Assembly (NCBI GenBank): GCA_038212275.1
Contig: JBBQUR010000027.1
Location: forward strand, 1 to 60,389
Direction of reading: 5' to 3'
Length of the DNA: 60,389 bases
Source of the DNA: Planctomycetota bacterium
GTDB taxonomy: Bacteria; Planctomycetota; B15-G4
The translations under genes and the position numbers were made by a program. The number at the start of each line of letters is the position of its first letter. The first letter of the stretch is position 1. Below, piece after piece: positions 41,503 through 53,370 of this stretch. The notes under the pieces were generated by a model. The model made no database searches and had not been told where the DNA came from. It saw only the letters and a program-made list of their open reading frames with translations.

Positions 41503-43194
41503 ATGGATTGCAACACGCCCTCCCCGCTGTTCCTCGACCCGAAGCAGATCCTGCTCGACCTGGCCCACGAACGCTCGCTGCCTGCGCTGCTCGAGCTCAT
41601 CGTGCAGCGCCTCGCCGCGTCGCCGCGCATCGCGCTGGCCCGGGTCTGGCTCCGCGGACCCGGTGACTCCTGCGACACCTGCGCCTTCCGGAAGGACTGC
41701 CCCGACCAGGCCGCCTGCCTTCACCTCGCCGCAAGCGCCGGCAGTTCGCAGGCCGAGCCGGGCCGGACATGGACCGGCATCGAGGGCGATTTCCGCCGCA
41801 TCCCGCTCGGCGTGCGCAAGGTCGGCCTCATCGCCTCCTCCGGTCAGGCCATCGAGGTGCGCGAGGAGGTGGCGGCCAGCCAGTGGATCGTCCACCCGGT
41901 CTGGGCCGTGGCCGAGGGCATCGACGGCTTCGCCGGTCAGCCGCTCGTGCATCACGGCGAGGTGCTCGGCGTCCTTGCGGTGTTTGCGCGCGGCGCGATC
42001 GGCGACGGCTGCATGGACTGGTTGCGGATGATCGCCGACCACGTGGCCGTGGCGCTGGTGAACGCGCGCGCCTTCGAGGAGATCGAGGCGCTGCGCTCGC
42101 GCCTGCAATGGGAGAACGACTACCTCAAGGAGGAGGTGGCCGAGGCCCACGCTCTCGGCGAGCTGCTCGGCACCAGCCCCGCACTGGAGGCCGTGGGCCG
42201 CAAGATCAACCTCGTCGCGCCGACGGACTCGGCCGTGCTCATCCTTGGTGAAAGCGGCACGGGCAAGGAGCTGGTGGCGCGGGAGATCCACCGCCGCAGC
42301 CGGCGCGCGGAGCACCCGCTCATCAAGGTCAATTGCGCCGCGATTCCCCGCGAGCTGTTCGAAAGCGAGTTCTTCGGCCATGCCCGCGGCGCCTTCACCG
42401 GCGCCCTGCGCGACCGGGTCGGCCGCTTCGAGCTGGCGCACGGCGGCACGCTGCTGCTCGACGAAGTGGGCGAGATCCCGCTGGAGCTGCAGGCCAAGCT
42501 GCTGCGCGTGCTGCAGGAAGGCGAGCTGGAGCGCGTCGGCGAGGAGCGCACGCGCAAGGTGGACGTGCGCGTGCTCGCCGCGACGCACCGCGACCTGCGC
42601 AGCGATGCGGAGGCCGGCCGCTTCCGCGCCGACCTCTACTACCGCCTCTCGGTCTTCCCCATCGAAGTGCCTCCGCTGCGCGAGCGCACCGAAGACATCC
42701 CGTTGCTGGCGGAGGCCTTCCTTGCCAGCGCCGCCCGCAAGCTCCAGCGCCGGCCGCCTCGACTCACGCGCGCCGTCGTGCAGCGCCTTTCAGCCTACGC
42801 GTGGCCCGGCAACGTGCGCGAGCTGCAGCACGTCATCGAACGCGCGGTGCTGACCTCGCCCGGAGCGGCGCTTGACGTCGAGCTGCTCGAGTCGGCCTCC
42901 CCGGTGGCGGCCGCGTCCTCCCCGGCGGCCCGCGCCATCGCCGCGGGGCCTCCGGGCAGGCCCGAAGACGGCGGCACCGCCGGCCGAGCGGCTGCTCCAC
43001 CGATTCTCACCGAGGCCGAGATCCGGCAGCTCGAGATCGAGAACCTGCGCGCCGCGCTGGCTGCAGCCGACGGCAGGGTCTACGGCGCGAGCGGTGCTGC
43101 GGAGCTGCTCGGCATGCGGCCGACGACGCTCGCCTCTCGCATGAAAACGCTGGGCCTGGACACGCGCAGCCTGCGCCGCGGCGCCAGACGATGA
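41503..43194 (+). CDS. GAF-AAA+-HTH sigma54-dependent transcriptional activator (FhlA-like)
   Basis: GESGTGKE, ESEFFGH, GAFTGA, LLDEVGE, FRADLYYRL, WPGNVREL, GAAELLG HTH; Cys-rich GAF (CDTC...C....CLH). Confidence 0.95.
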   Translation: MDCNTPSPLFLDPKQILLDLAHERSLPALLELIVQRLAASPRIALARVWLRGPGDSCDTCAFRKDCPDQAACLHLAASAGSSQAEPGRTWTGIEGDFRRIPLGVRKVGLIASSGQAIEVREEVAASQWIVHPVWAVAEGIDGFAGQPLVHHGEVLGVLAVFARGAIGDGCMDWLRMIADHVAVALVNARAFEEIEALRSRLQWENDYLKEEVAEAHALGELLGTSPALEAVGRKINLVAPTDSAVLILGESGTGKELVAREIHRRSRRAEHPLIKVNCAAIPRELFESEFFGHARGAFTGALRDRVGRFELAHGGTLLLDEVGEIPLELQAKLLRVLQEGELERVGEERTRKVDVRVLAATHRDLRSDAEAGRFRADLYYRLSVFPIEVPPLRERTEDIPLLAEAFLASAARKLQRRPPRLTRAVVQRLSAYAWPGNVRELQHVIERAVLTSPGAALDVELLESASPVAAASSPAARAIAAGPPGRPEDGGTAGRAAAPPILTEAEIRQLEIENLRAALAAADGRVYGASGAAELLGMRPTTLASRMKTLGLDTRSLRRGARR

Positions 43195-43351
43195 GGCGCG
43201 GGCCGGGAGCCATCCCGTCCGATCGCAGCTCCCGGCCTGACGGCCTGCCCCCCAGCGGCCCCTCATTTGCTCTGGGATGGGAGCAGCGACCCAGCAGCCG
43301 CCACGCACGCTCGTAGGCAGCGGGCACCCCAACTCCCTAGACTCGGACGAC

Positions 43352-44716
43352 ATGAAGACTGCGCACGAGGCCCTTTCGGGGCCGATTTCCCCCATCGCGC
43401 CGAGCCGTTCCCGCCGACGTCCGGCACGCTCCCCGGTGGCCTCGCTGGCGACGAACCTCCTCGCGATCCTGGCTCTCGGCGGCGCCCTGCCTGGCTGCGG
43501 CGGCAGCGACTCCGGCGTGAGCCGGCTGGAGAGCTCGCGCGCCTACGAGCCGGTCGGCCGGCGCATCCGCTGGAACGCCCCGGCCGCCGAACGCTTCGGC
43601 ATCTCGGCGCGGGATTTTTCGGGTGGGTCCCCGGGTGGGTCCCCGGGGGGATCCCCGGGGGGATCCAGGGGTGGATCCATCGGTGGCTCCCCGGCGGGCG
43701 CCTCCGGCATGCCCGATGATGACACGGGAGTCACGGCGCTCCACTGGGCTGCTCCGGCAGGCTGGAAGGAGAGGCCGGCCGCGATGTTCCGCGAGGCCAA
43801 CTTCTACGTGGCAGGCGATGAGCGCGCCGAGTGCTACCTGACCACGCTCGGCGGAGATGCCGGCGGATTGGAGGCGAACATCAATCGCTGGCGCACACAG
43901 CTCTCGCTGCCGCCGCTCGGACCGGCGGAGATCGCCGCCCTTCCGACGCTGCCGTGGCTCGGCGGCTCGGGTGTACTCGTGGACTTCCACGGCCAGTGGA
44001 AGGGCATGTCGGGCGATCAGGCCGAGTCCGACTACCGGCTCGTCGGGCTCGCACTCGTGCAGCCCGACCGCTCGCGCTTCCTCAAGATGGTCGGCCCGGC
44101 CGACGTCATCGGGCGTGAGGTGGCGGCCTTCCGCGGATTGGCGGCGTCCTTCCACGAGGGCAGCGGCCACGCACACGATGCCGGCGACGACGCGGCCTCC
44201 CCGCCGCCTTCCATGCCGCCACAGGAACTGCCTCCCGACCATCCGACGATCGGCCTCGGCGCGCAGGGCAACGGCGCGCAGCAGGGCAACGCCTCGCTGA
44301 CGTGGCGCGCCCCCGCCGGCTGGACCCTCGGCCCCGAGAAGGCCATGCGCGAGGTGACGTACTTCGCCGGCGCGGACAACGCGGTGGAGTGCTACGTCAC
44401 GCTGCTGGCCGGCAACGGCGGCGGCCTGCTCGCCAACATCAATCGCTGGTGCGGGCAGATGGGCGCGCCGACGCTGAGCGAGGCGGACCTCGCGCCGCTG
44501 CAGCGCGTGCCGATGGCCGGCGCCGAGGGCGTCATCGTGCGCCTGGCGCGCGGCCCCGCAGCGACAGCGCCCGCAGGACAGGACCTGCTGCTCGGCGCGC
44601 TCTGCCTGCTCCCCGATCGCGCACTCTTCGTGAAGCTCACCGGCCCCGCCGAAGCAGTGCTGGCTCAGCGCGATGCGCTCATCGAGTTCTCCAGGTCTCT
44701 CCAGGTCGTGAGGTGA
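43352..44716 (+). CDS. Lipoprotein with two repeated domains, upstream of cytochrome c maturation genes
   Basis: LPGC lipobox; duplicated W.AP.GW...MR/FRE...ECY.T.L.G.GG.L.ANINRW..Q...F.K..GP module; His-rich linker. Confidence 0.8.
   Translation: MKTAHEALSGPISPIAPSRSRRRPARSPVASLATNLLAILALGGALPGCGGSDSGVSRLESSRAYEPVGRRIRWNAPAAERFGISARDFSGGSPGGSPGGSPGGSRGGSIGGSPAGASGMPDDDTGVTALHWAAPAGWKERPAAMFREANFYVAGDERAECYLTTLGGDAGGLEANINRWRTQLSLPPLGPAEIAALPTLPWLGGSGVLVDFHGQWKGMSGDQAESDYRLVGLALVQPDRSRFLKMVGPADVIGREVAAFRGLAASFHEGSGHAHDAGDDAASPPPSMPPQELPPDHPTIGLGAQGNGAQQGNASLTWRAPAGWTLGPEKAMREVTYFAGADNAVECYVTLLAGNGGGLLANINRWCGQMGAPTLSEADLAPLQRVPMAGAEGVIVRLARGPAATAPAGQDLLLGALCLLPDRALFVKLTGPAEAVLAQRDALIEFSRSLQVVR
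43622..43693. repeat. 12-bp coding tandem repeat (GGSP)n
   Basis: GG(T/G)GG(G/A/C)TCCCCG-type units x6 encoding GGSPGGSPGGSPGGSRGGSIGGSP. Confidence 0.85.
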
Positions 44717-45885
44717 TGGCGATGCGCCTGGTCCACCGTGTCATCGACGTGCTCTCGTCGCTCGGCCTGAGCTGCACGCTGCTCATCTTCCTCGCGCTGC
44801 TCACGTGGCTCGGCACGCTCGAGCAGGTGAACACCGGGCTGTTCGAGGTACAGAAGCGCTACTTCGAGTCGCTCTACGTGGTCCACCACGTCGGGCCGAT
44901 CGGCATTCCGCTGCCGGGCGCGATGCTCGTCATGGCGGTGCTCTTCGTGAACCTGATCCTGGGCGGCCTCGTGCGCATCCGCAAGGGCGCGGCCACGGCC
45001 GGCATCATCGTCACGCACGTCGGCATCCTGCTGCTGCTCGCCGCGGGCTACGTGAAGGCCTACCACTCGGTGGACGGACACACGACGCTGTACGAGGGCC
45101 AGGCCAGCGACACCTTCGACAGCTACAACCGCTGGGAACTCGCGATCCTCGAGAAGCTCGACGACGGCCGCGTGCGCGAGACCGTCGCGCCGCAGGAGAA
45201 CTTCGAGCGCCACGAGGACGTCGCGCCCGCAACGCTCGTCTCCGACGCTCTGCCGTTCTCGGTGGAGCTCTGGTACTACGCGCCGAATGCGCGCGTGCTG
45301 CCCAAGGGCCCGATGGTCAAGACGAGCATGCCCGTCATCGACGGCTTCTTCATCGATCCGTTGCCCATCGAAATGCAGAACGAGCAGAACGTCGCAGCCG
45401 TGTGCGCCGCGGTGACCGACAAGGCCAGCGGCACGCGGCAGGAGTCCATCCTGTACGGGCTGGGACGCCAGCCGTGGACCTTCGAGGCCGGCGGCCGGAC
45501 CTGGGGCCTGGAGCTGCGCCGCGAGCAGTACCAGATGCCGTTCACCGTCGCTCTCGACGACTTCACCAAGGAAGACTATCCGCGCCTCAACATGCCGAAG
45601 GCCTTCTCGAGCGACGTGACCGTGCTGCAGGCCGGCAGCAAGCGCCCCGTGAAGATCTCGATGAACGAGCCGCTGCGCAAGGACGGGCTCGTGCTCTACC
45701 AGGCGTCGTGGGGTCCGTCCAATGCGCGGCCCGGCGACCCGCTGTTCTCGACGCTGGCCGTCGTGCGCAACCCTGCCGACCAGTATCCGCTCTACGCCTG
45801 CATCGTGATCGCGATCGGGCTCGTGCTCCACTTCTCGCGCAAGCTCGGCAAACACATCCGCTCCCAGGCGCAGAGGACCCCATGA
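44716..45885 (+). CDS. ResB/CcsB-like cytochrome c biogenesis protein
   Basis: LSSLGLS..LL..L..LTWLGTLEQ, HVGILLLL, PFTVALDDF...YP....KAFSSDV, ISMNEPL...G..LYQASW. Confidence 0.85.
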   Translation: MAMRLVHRVIDVLSSLGLSCTLLIFLALLTWLGTLEQVNTGLFEVQKRYFESLYVVHHVGPIGIPLPGAMLVMAVLFVNLILGGLVRIRKGAATAGIIVTHVGILLLLAAGYVKAYHSVDGHTTLYEGQASDTFDSYNRWELAILEKLDDGRVRETVAPQENFERHEDVAPATLVSDALPFSVELWYYAPNARVLPKGPMVKTSMPVIDGFFIDPLPIEMQNEQNVAAVCAAVTDKASGTRQESILYGLGRQPWTFEAGGRTWGLELRREQYQMPFTVALDDFTKEDYPRLNMPKAFSSDVTVLQAGSKRPVKISMNEPLRKDGLVLYQASWGPSNARPGDPLFSTLAVVRNPADQYPLYACIVIAIGLVLHFSRKLGKHIRSQAQRTP

Positions 45886-47918
45886 AGATCACCGCCCGAT
45901 TCCTCGCCTCCGTCCTCGGCCTGATGCTCGCGCTGCAGGTCTCCGCGTCCGCCCAGTTGCCGGACGGCATGCCGCGTCGCGCCGCGCCGTGGTCGGAGCG
46001 CGCCATCGCGCTGGCCGAGTCGCTGCCCATCCAGGACGGCGGCCGCATCAAGCCGCTGCGCACCTACGCCAATTTCACGCTGCTGCGCTTCAACGGAAAG
46101 TCCTCGCTGAGCCTGCCGGACGGCATCGCGTCGGACGGCTCGGTGGTCAAGGGCGGCAAGCTGGAGGCGCTGCCCTGGCTGCTCGACACGCTCTTCTACC
46201 CGGAACAGGCCGCGGACTACGCGATGTTCAAGGTGGACGACATCCAGGCCGTCGAGGCCATCGGGCTGAAGTTCGACGGCAAGCAGAAGCGCGACCGCTA
46301 CAGCTACAACGAACTGAAGCCTGGCATCGGCAAGCTGTTCGAACTGGCGCGCCAGTACGGCCGCAAGGAGGAGAAGGAACGCTCCACCGTCGAACAGCAG
46401 GTCTACACGCTGGCGACATCCATGGACGACTACCTCCGCCTGCGGACGCACTTCGACTTCGCGCGCTTCTCGCAGGACGTCAGCGCGAGTCCCGCACTCG
46501 CGGGAGTCTTCGGCGGCGACGAGGCTGCCTTCAGCCAGGTCGTCGCGAAGCTGCCGGAGCTGCTCGCGCTGCAGGCGACGTGGCGCGCGGATCCGGCGCA
46601 CGTGAAGGACGGCGGCGAACTGAATCGCGTGCTGCAGACGGCGGCGCAGCTCACGGACGGCACCGAGGTCCTGGCGCTCATCCCGCCGACCGGCACGCTG
46701 GAGGCCGAGCCGGAATGGCACTCGCCCGGAGATCTCTTCGGTCTTGCCGCGGCCGGCAGCGCGATCGAGCCGGCCTACCTCAGGACTCTGGAGCAGTTCG
46801 AGACGCTCTCACGCTCGATCGAGGAGCCCGCCCGCTTCGAGCAGTCGCTCGCCGTGCTGCACGACAACGTCGTCGCGGCGGCCACCGCGCGCGGCGAGCT
46901 CGAGAAGCTGGGCCTCGAGCTCACCTACTACAAGTCGGACCTCATCGCGAACTCGCTCGCGGTGTACATCCTGGGCTTCGTGCTCTGCGCCGTGCTGTGG
47001 ATGGCGCCGCGCAACAAGCTGCTCTACCGCGGCGCCGCGCTCGCGGCCGTCGTCGCCACCAGCCTGCTCATCGCGGCCATCGTCATCCGCTGCATGATCC
47101 GCGGGCGCCCACCTGTGTCGACGCTCTACGAGACGATGCTCTTCGTCACCGCGGTGGGCTCGGTCCTGCTGCTGGTCACGGAGTGGATCAGCAGGCAGCG
47201 CATGGCGCTCTCGGTGAACACCGCGCTGGGCATGATCGGCCTGTTCCTCGCCAACGGCTACGAGACGCTGGACAAGAAGGACACCATGCCGCAGCTCGTC
47301 GCGGTGCTGGACACGAACTTCTGGCTGGCGACGCACGTCACCGCCATCACCGTGGGCTACGCGGCGGGCATGGTCGCGGCGGCCATCGCCACCGTCTATC
47401 TCATCGCGCGGCTCTTCGGCATCAAGAAGAACGAGCCGGCCTTCGGGAAGAACCTCATCCGCATGACCTACGGTGCGCTGTGCTTCGGCCTCATCTTCTC
47501 GGTGGTCGGCACGATCCTCGGCGGCATCTGGGCCAACGAAAGCTGGGGCCGCTTCTGGGGCTGGGACCCCAAGGAAAACGGCGCGATGCTCATCTGCCTC
47601 GCGCAGATCATCATCCTGCACGGCCGCATGGGCGGATTCCTGCGCGACTTCGGCACCGCCGCCGCGGTCGCCTTCCAGGGCACGGTCATCGCCTTCTCGT
47701 GGTTCGGCGTGAACCTGCTGGGCGTCGGCCTGCACAGCTACGGCTTCACCAGCGGCATCCACACCGCGCTGTGGTCCTACTACCTCTTCCAGTGGGGACT
47801 CATCACCGTATGCAGCGTGCAGTACTACCTGCAGCGCACGCGCGAACAGGCGGTGAAGGATGCGGCGAAGGCTCAGGGTGCCAAGCCGGCTCGCGCCGCG
47901 CGGGCCAACAGCAGGTGA
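45882..47918 (+). CDS. ccsA: CcsA/ResC cytochrome c assembly protein with large periplasmic N-terminal domain
   Basis: LPIQDGGRIKP, GRPPVSTLYE, FWLATHV, WWD domain WANESWGRFWGWDPKENG, GVGLHSYG. Confidence 0.92.
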   Translation: MKITARFLASVLGLMLALQVSASAQLPDGMPRRAAPWSERAIALAESLPIQDGGRIKPLRTYANFTLLRFNGKSSLSLPDGIASDGSVVKGGKLEALPWLLDTLFYPEQAADYAMFKVDDIQAVEAIGLKFDGKQKRDRYSYNELKPGIGKLFELARQYGRKEEKERSTVEQQVYTLATSMDDYLRLRTHFDFARFSQDVSASPALAGVFGGDEAAFSQVVAKLPELLALQATWRADPAHVKDGGELNRVLQTAAQLTDGTEVLALIPPTGTLEAEPEWHSPGDLFGLAAAGSAIEPAYLRTLEQFETLSRSIEEPARFEQSLAVLHDNVVAAATARGELEKLGLELTYYKSDLIANSLAVYILGFVLCAVLWMAPRNKLLYRGAALAAVVATSLLIAAIVIRCMIRGRPPVSTLYETMLFVTAVGSVLLLVTEWISRQRMALSVNTALGMIGLFLANGYETLDKKDTMPQLVAVLDTNFWLATHVTAITVGYAAGMVAAAIATVYLIARLFGIKKNEPAFGKNLIRMTYGALCFGLIFSVVGTILGGIWANESWGRFWGWDPKENGAMLICLAQIIILHGRMGGFLRDFGTAAAVAFQGTVIAFSWFGVNLLGVGLHSYGFTSGIHTALWSYYLFQWGLITVCSVQYYLQRTREQAVKDAAKAQGAKPARAARANSR

Positions 47919-48179
47919 GCTGAAGCCGCAGCCCGCCCGGGGCGTGCCAGGAGGCCAGCGTGGACCGGGAAGCCGTGCGGGGAGCACCCTCCCGTTCCTT
48001 GCTGCCCCGGAACTGCCCCTGATCCTTGACCGGATCGGTGCAGGCCTCCCGTTCGCGCGCCTCCCCGCTTCGTCGCGAAGCGCAACACCGCTTAGGATGG
48101 CGACCATCGGGGCGCGGACGCTGGCTTGATGCTCCGCCGCCGCGATGCCGTCGCAACACACGACAGCGGGAGCAATCCG

Positions 48180-50117
<1,938 letters not shown>

Positions 50118-50125
50118 GAGCCCGC

Positions 50126-50737
50126 GTGACCAGGCCGACCGATCTCACGTTGACGCTCGACCTGCTGCGGCGCGCCCAGGGCGGCGAGAAGCTGGCGCTC
50201 GAACGACTGCTCGAACGCTACTACGAGCGCGTGCGTCGCATCGTGCGGTTGCGGCTCGGCTCAGCGCTGCGCCGCCGGCTCGATTCCGGCGACATCCTGC
50301 AGGACACCTTCCTTGCGGCCGTGCGCAACTTCGCGCGCTTCGAGGTGCGCGACGAAGCGTCCTTCATCAACTGGCTGTCGGTGCTCGCGGAGAACCAGAT
50401 CCGCGATGCGGCCGATCATCACGGCGCGCAGAAGCGCGACGTGGGACGCCAGGTGCCGCTGGAATTCACGGACAAAAGCGGCGCCATCGGCATCGACCCG
50501 GTGGCCAGCGGACTCGCGCCGCCGGGACTGGCCAGCAAGGCCGAGGAGATCGCGCGCATCGAAGATGCCATCGACAAGCTGCCGCCCGAGCTTCGCGAGC
50601 TGATCATCCTGCGCGACTATGCCGGAGCGTCCTGGGAGACGATCGCAGAGCAGACGGGCCGCCCGAGCCCCGACGCCGCGCGCATGATGCACGCCAAGGC
50701 GATGGTGCTGCTCACACGGCTCGCCCGGCAGAGCTGA
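50126..50737 (+). CDS. ECF sigma-70 factor, planctomycete kinase-associated type
   Basis: LLRRAQGG..ALERLLERY...LRLG..LRRRLDSGDILQ, WL..LAEN.IRD...HHGAQKRD, LP...RELIILR. Confidence 0.92.
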   Translation: MTRPTDLTLTLDLLRRAQGGEKLALERLLERYYERVRRIVRLRLGSALRRRLDSGDILQDTFLAAVRNFARFEVRDEASFINWLSVLAENQIRDAADHHGAQKRDVGRQVPLEFTDKSGAIGIDPVASGLAPPGLASKAEEIARIEDAIDKLPPELRELIILRDYAGASWETIAEQTGRPSPDAARMMHAKAMVLLTRLARQS

Positions 50738-50755
50738 GCGACCGAGCGGACGGCC

Positions 50756-50840
50756 TGCGCCGCACCGGGTCGCACCGCGTCGCACCGCGTCACGCTGCGC
50801 CGCGCTGCGCCGCGCCACGTCGTACCGCGTCACGCTGCAC
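50756..50840. repeat. Array of 17 degenerate YRYRY pentamers between convergent genes
   Basis: tgcgc cgcac cgggt cgcac cgcgt cgcac cgcgt cacgc tgcgc cgcgc tgcgc cgcgc cacgt cgtac cgcgt cacgc tgcac. Confidence 0.75.
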
Positions 50841-50854
50841 TCCGCCGCGGGCGC

Positions 50855-52366
50855 TCAGCGCTTCTTGCAGTAGGCGATGAAGGCCTTTTCGAGACCGTCG
50901 AGATCCACCTGATAGACGCGCCGCGTGGCGGCCTCGATGGAGGACACGTCGTTGCTGCGCGTGACACCGACGGCGTGGAGCCAGTCCAGGAAGCCGGCCT
51001 TGCCGAACTTGCTCTCGCGCAGGAACTCGATGAGCAGCGCCGCCTGCTTGTACTGGTCGCCCGCCGTGTCGCCGGTCTTCTCGTTCGTCGGCGAAGAGAA
51101 GATCAGGCTCTCCTTGCGCATGAACTCACCCAGCGGAACGGCCTGGCCCTTCTCCACGGCGCGCGCCGCCATGCCGCGCTCGTTCGGCTTGGAGGACACG
51201 TACTCCGCAAGCCCTTCCTGGAACCACGAGCCGCCTCCGCCGAGTCCCAGCCGGTTCCTGATGATCTGGTGCGTGGCCTCGTGAATGTGCACCGGATCGC
51301 CCGGCGCCTCGTACCACGAGGTGTAGAAATCCGAGTAGGCGATGCCCGCGGTGCGCCTGGCGTCCTCGATCGACATCCCGAAGGTCTTCCCGAGGAAGGC
51401 GTAGTACTGGTCGTTCGTGCGGAACAGGAACATCGGCATGAGGCGGCGCTCGGCGACCTCGTCGAAGGGATAGATCTTGCGGATGGCCGCGTAGCACTCC
51501 TCCATCTTCTTGGCGAAGGTCTTCCCGCCCGAAGAGTTGGTCAAGATGATGTAGTGCGGCGTGCGCAGCACATCGCCGAGCTCGTCCTTCAGCTCGTCAG
51601 GCATGGCGGATTCCCAGCGTTCCTGCGCCTCCGCCTTCGTCCACCTGGCATCGCGCTCCGGGCCGTCGCTCAGCACGCCCTTCGCGAAGAAGGCATTCAC
51701 CAGCTTGAGATCCGCGGCGGAGAGCGCCGGCTGCGCGCGGAGCTCCAGCACGTAGCCCCCGTCCTGCAGCAGGCCGGTCAGGCGCAGCACCTGGCTCGGG
51801 CCGGCCTCGCCCTTTTCCGTGGAGCGCGCGACCGTCGCGTAGGCCGCGTAGCCGAAGCGGCCCGAGAGATAGCTGATGTCGTCGAAGTGAAAGGTCGGGT
51901 CGCCGCCGTTGTCGGGGTCCTTGAGGTTGGAACCGACGACGTCCATCACCTCGCTCGGCTCCTCGAAGCCGAACTCGTTCATCGGGAGCACCAGCAGTTG
52001 CATGCGCACGGCCGACGCGCCGAGGGTGCCGGCCCACGTGGCGCGCACCTGAGGATCCTTGGAGGCCACCTGCTCGGTGAGCGAGAGGCCCTCCGGAAAG
52101 CGCAGCGTGAGCGTGAGATCGTCGAAGCGCCGCTCCTTCGGTGCCGCCGAACCACCGGCCATTGCCGCGGCGCCTCCCGCGCCGTCGGCGCCCTTCGCGC
52201 CGTCGGTGCTCTTCGCGCCGTCGGTGCTCTTCGCGCCGTCGGTGCCGGGCGCGTTGCCCTTGCCGGACTGGGCGCTGACGGGCAGCGCCAGGGCCAGCGC
52301 GAAGGACAGCCCCCATGGCACGACGAAGAGCGGATGCAGCGGGCGCCAGCGAGTTGAACGATGCAT
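50855..52366 (-). CDS. Secreted DUF1570/peptidase MA-like zinc metalloprotease
   Basis: Signal peptide, TDGAKS repeats, TPHYIILTN, HEATHQ...WFQEGLAEY gluzincin motif. Confidence 0.82.
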   Translation of the reverse strand: MHRSTRWRPLHPLFVVPWGLSFALALALPVSAQSGKGNAPGTDGAKSTDGAKSTDGAKGADGAGGAAAMAGGSAAPKERRFDDLTLTLRFPEGLSLTEQVASKDPQVRATWAGTLGASAVRMQLLVLPMNEFGFEEPSEVMDVVGSNLKDPDNGGDPTFHFDDISYLSGRFGYAAYATVARSTEKGEAGPSQVLRLTGLLQDGGYVLELRAQPALSAADLKLVNAFFAKGVLSDGPERDARWTKAEAQERWESAMPDELKDELGDVLRTPHYIILTNSSGGKTFAKKMEECYAAIRKIYPFDEVAERRLMPMFLFRTNDQYYAFLGKTFGMSIEDARRTAGIAYSDFYTSWYEAPGDPVHIHEATHQIIRNRLGLGGGGSWFQEGLAEYVSSKPNERGMAARAVEKGQAVPLGEFMRKESLIFSSPTNEKTGDTAGDQYKQAALLIEFLRESKFGKAGFLDWLHAVGVTRSNDVSSIEAATRRVYQVDLDGLEKAFIAYCKKR

Positions 52367-52592
52367 GTCGGAAGCTCCGCGCCGAGGTGGCGCAGAGTCT
52401 AGTCCCCGCAGGTCATTCACGCGACTCGTGGCGAAGCATCGGTGCAGCCGTTGGCCGCTGCGTGCCCGGGCCGATCAGCCCGCGGCCACCGGGGCTCACT
52501 CGACGGCGCGCAGCGCGCGCTCGACGGCGCACGGCCCGAGCCGTGACTCGAGCCGCGCGAAGCCTGCACGTCGTGCCGGGAACAGCGAGGCC

Positions 52593-53336
52593 TTACTGCG
52601 TCACTCCCTGCAAGCCGTTGCTCGCCGAGTAGCCGTAGGGCGCTCCGGCGTCCTCGATCCAGTACTGGAGGCGCAGCGGCACGCCTGGGCCAGCGCCTGC
52701 CGGGAGGATGAACGGGACGCTCAGCGAGCCCGAGGCATTCGTGACGAGGTAGATCAGCAGGTCGGGCGCCGGCACCAGGATGCCGCCTTTGACCGGCATG
52801 TTGAGGAGCGTGACGCTCGAGACGAGGATCGCCGTCGAGGCAGGATTCGCGTTCGCGAGCGTGAACTGGTTGGACGAGTTGACACTCAACGGCCCGCTGC
52901 CGACGAGGAGCGGCACGCCGGACGAGCCGGGCTTCCCGAAGCCGAGGTTGGACCAGCTGCTCACTTCGGGCGGCAGCACGGAGGTCCACGTCGTGCCCAC
53001 GCGGATCTCGTCGGTGGTGAAGCCGGTCCCGTTGTCGATCGACAGAGACGTCGGCAGCGCGGAGACCGCGTTCACGCCGTACTGCACCGCGGGGAAGCCG
53101 GGCTCCGGCGAACCGATGACCGGGTCGAGGTACATGCGGTAGGTGAGGCCTTGCGTCGGCGTGGTCTTCGAGATCTTCACGACCACGAGCGTCGTCTGGC
53201 CCTGGAGGAGCGGTTTGCTCGCGGCATCACCAGCGCCCTCGCTCAGCATGAGGCCGTAGGTGTACCAGCCGAGTGGCGAACCTCACGCTGAGATGACTAC
53301 GAGCTTCCGAAGGTCAGCGTGGCGGGAGAGGGTCAT
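52593..53336 (-). pseudogene. Disrupted secreted protein carrying the shared C-terminal domain
   Basis: ATG 53336 gives MTLSRHADLRKLVVISA, then in-frame TGA (53285-53283), then GSPLGWY...DEIRVGTTW and the C-terminal domain 52593-52955. Confidence 0.7.
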
Positions 53337-53370
53337 GGCCTCGTGCCTGGCACGCTTGCAACCAGCTTTG

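Noticed and set aside
53283..53285. Selenocysteine recoding of the in-frame TGA
   Set aside because: It lies in a signal-peptide-like segment with no redox motif or convincing SECIS, and the following domain appears to lack its N-terminal half.
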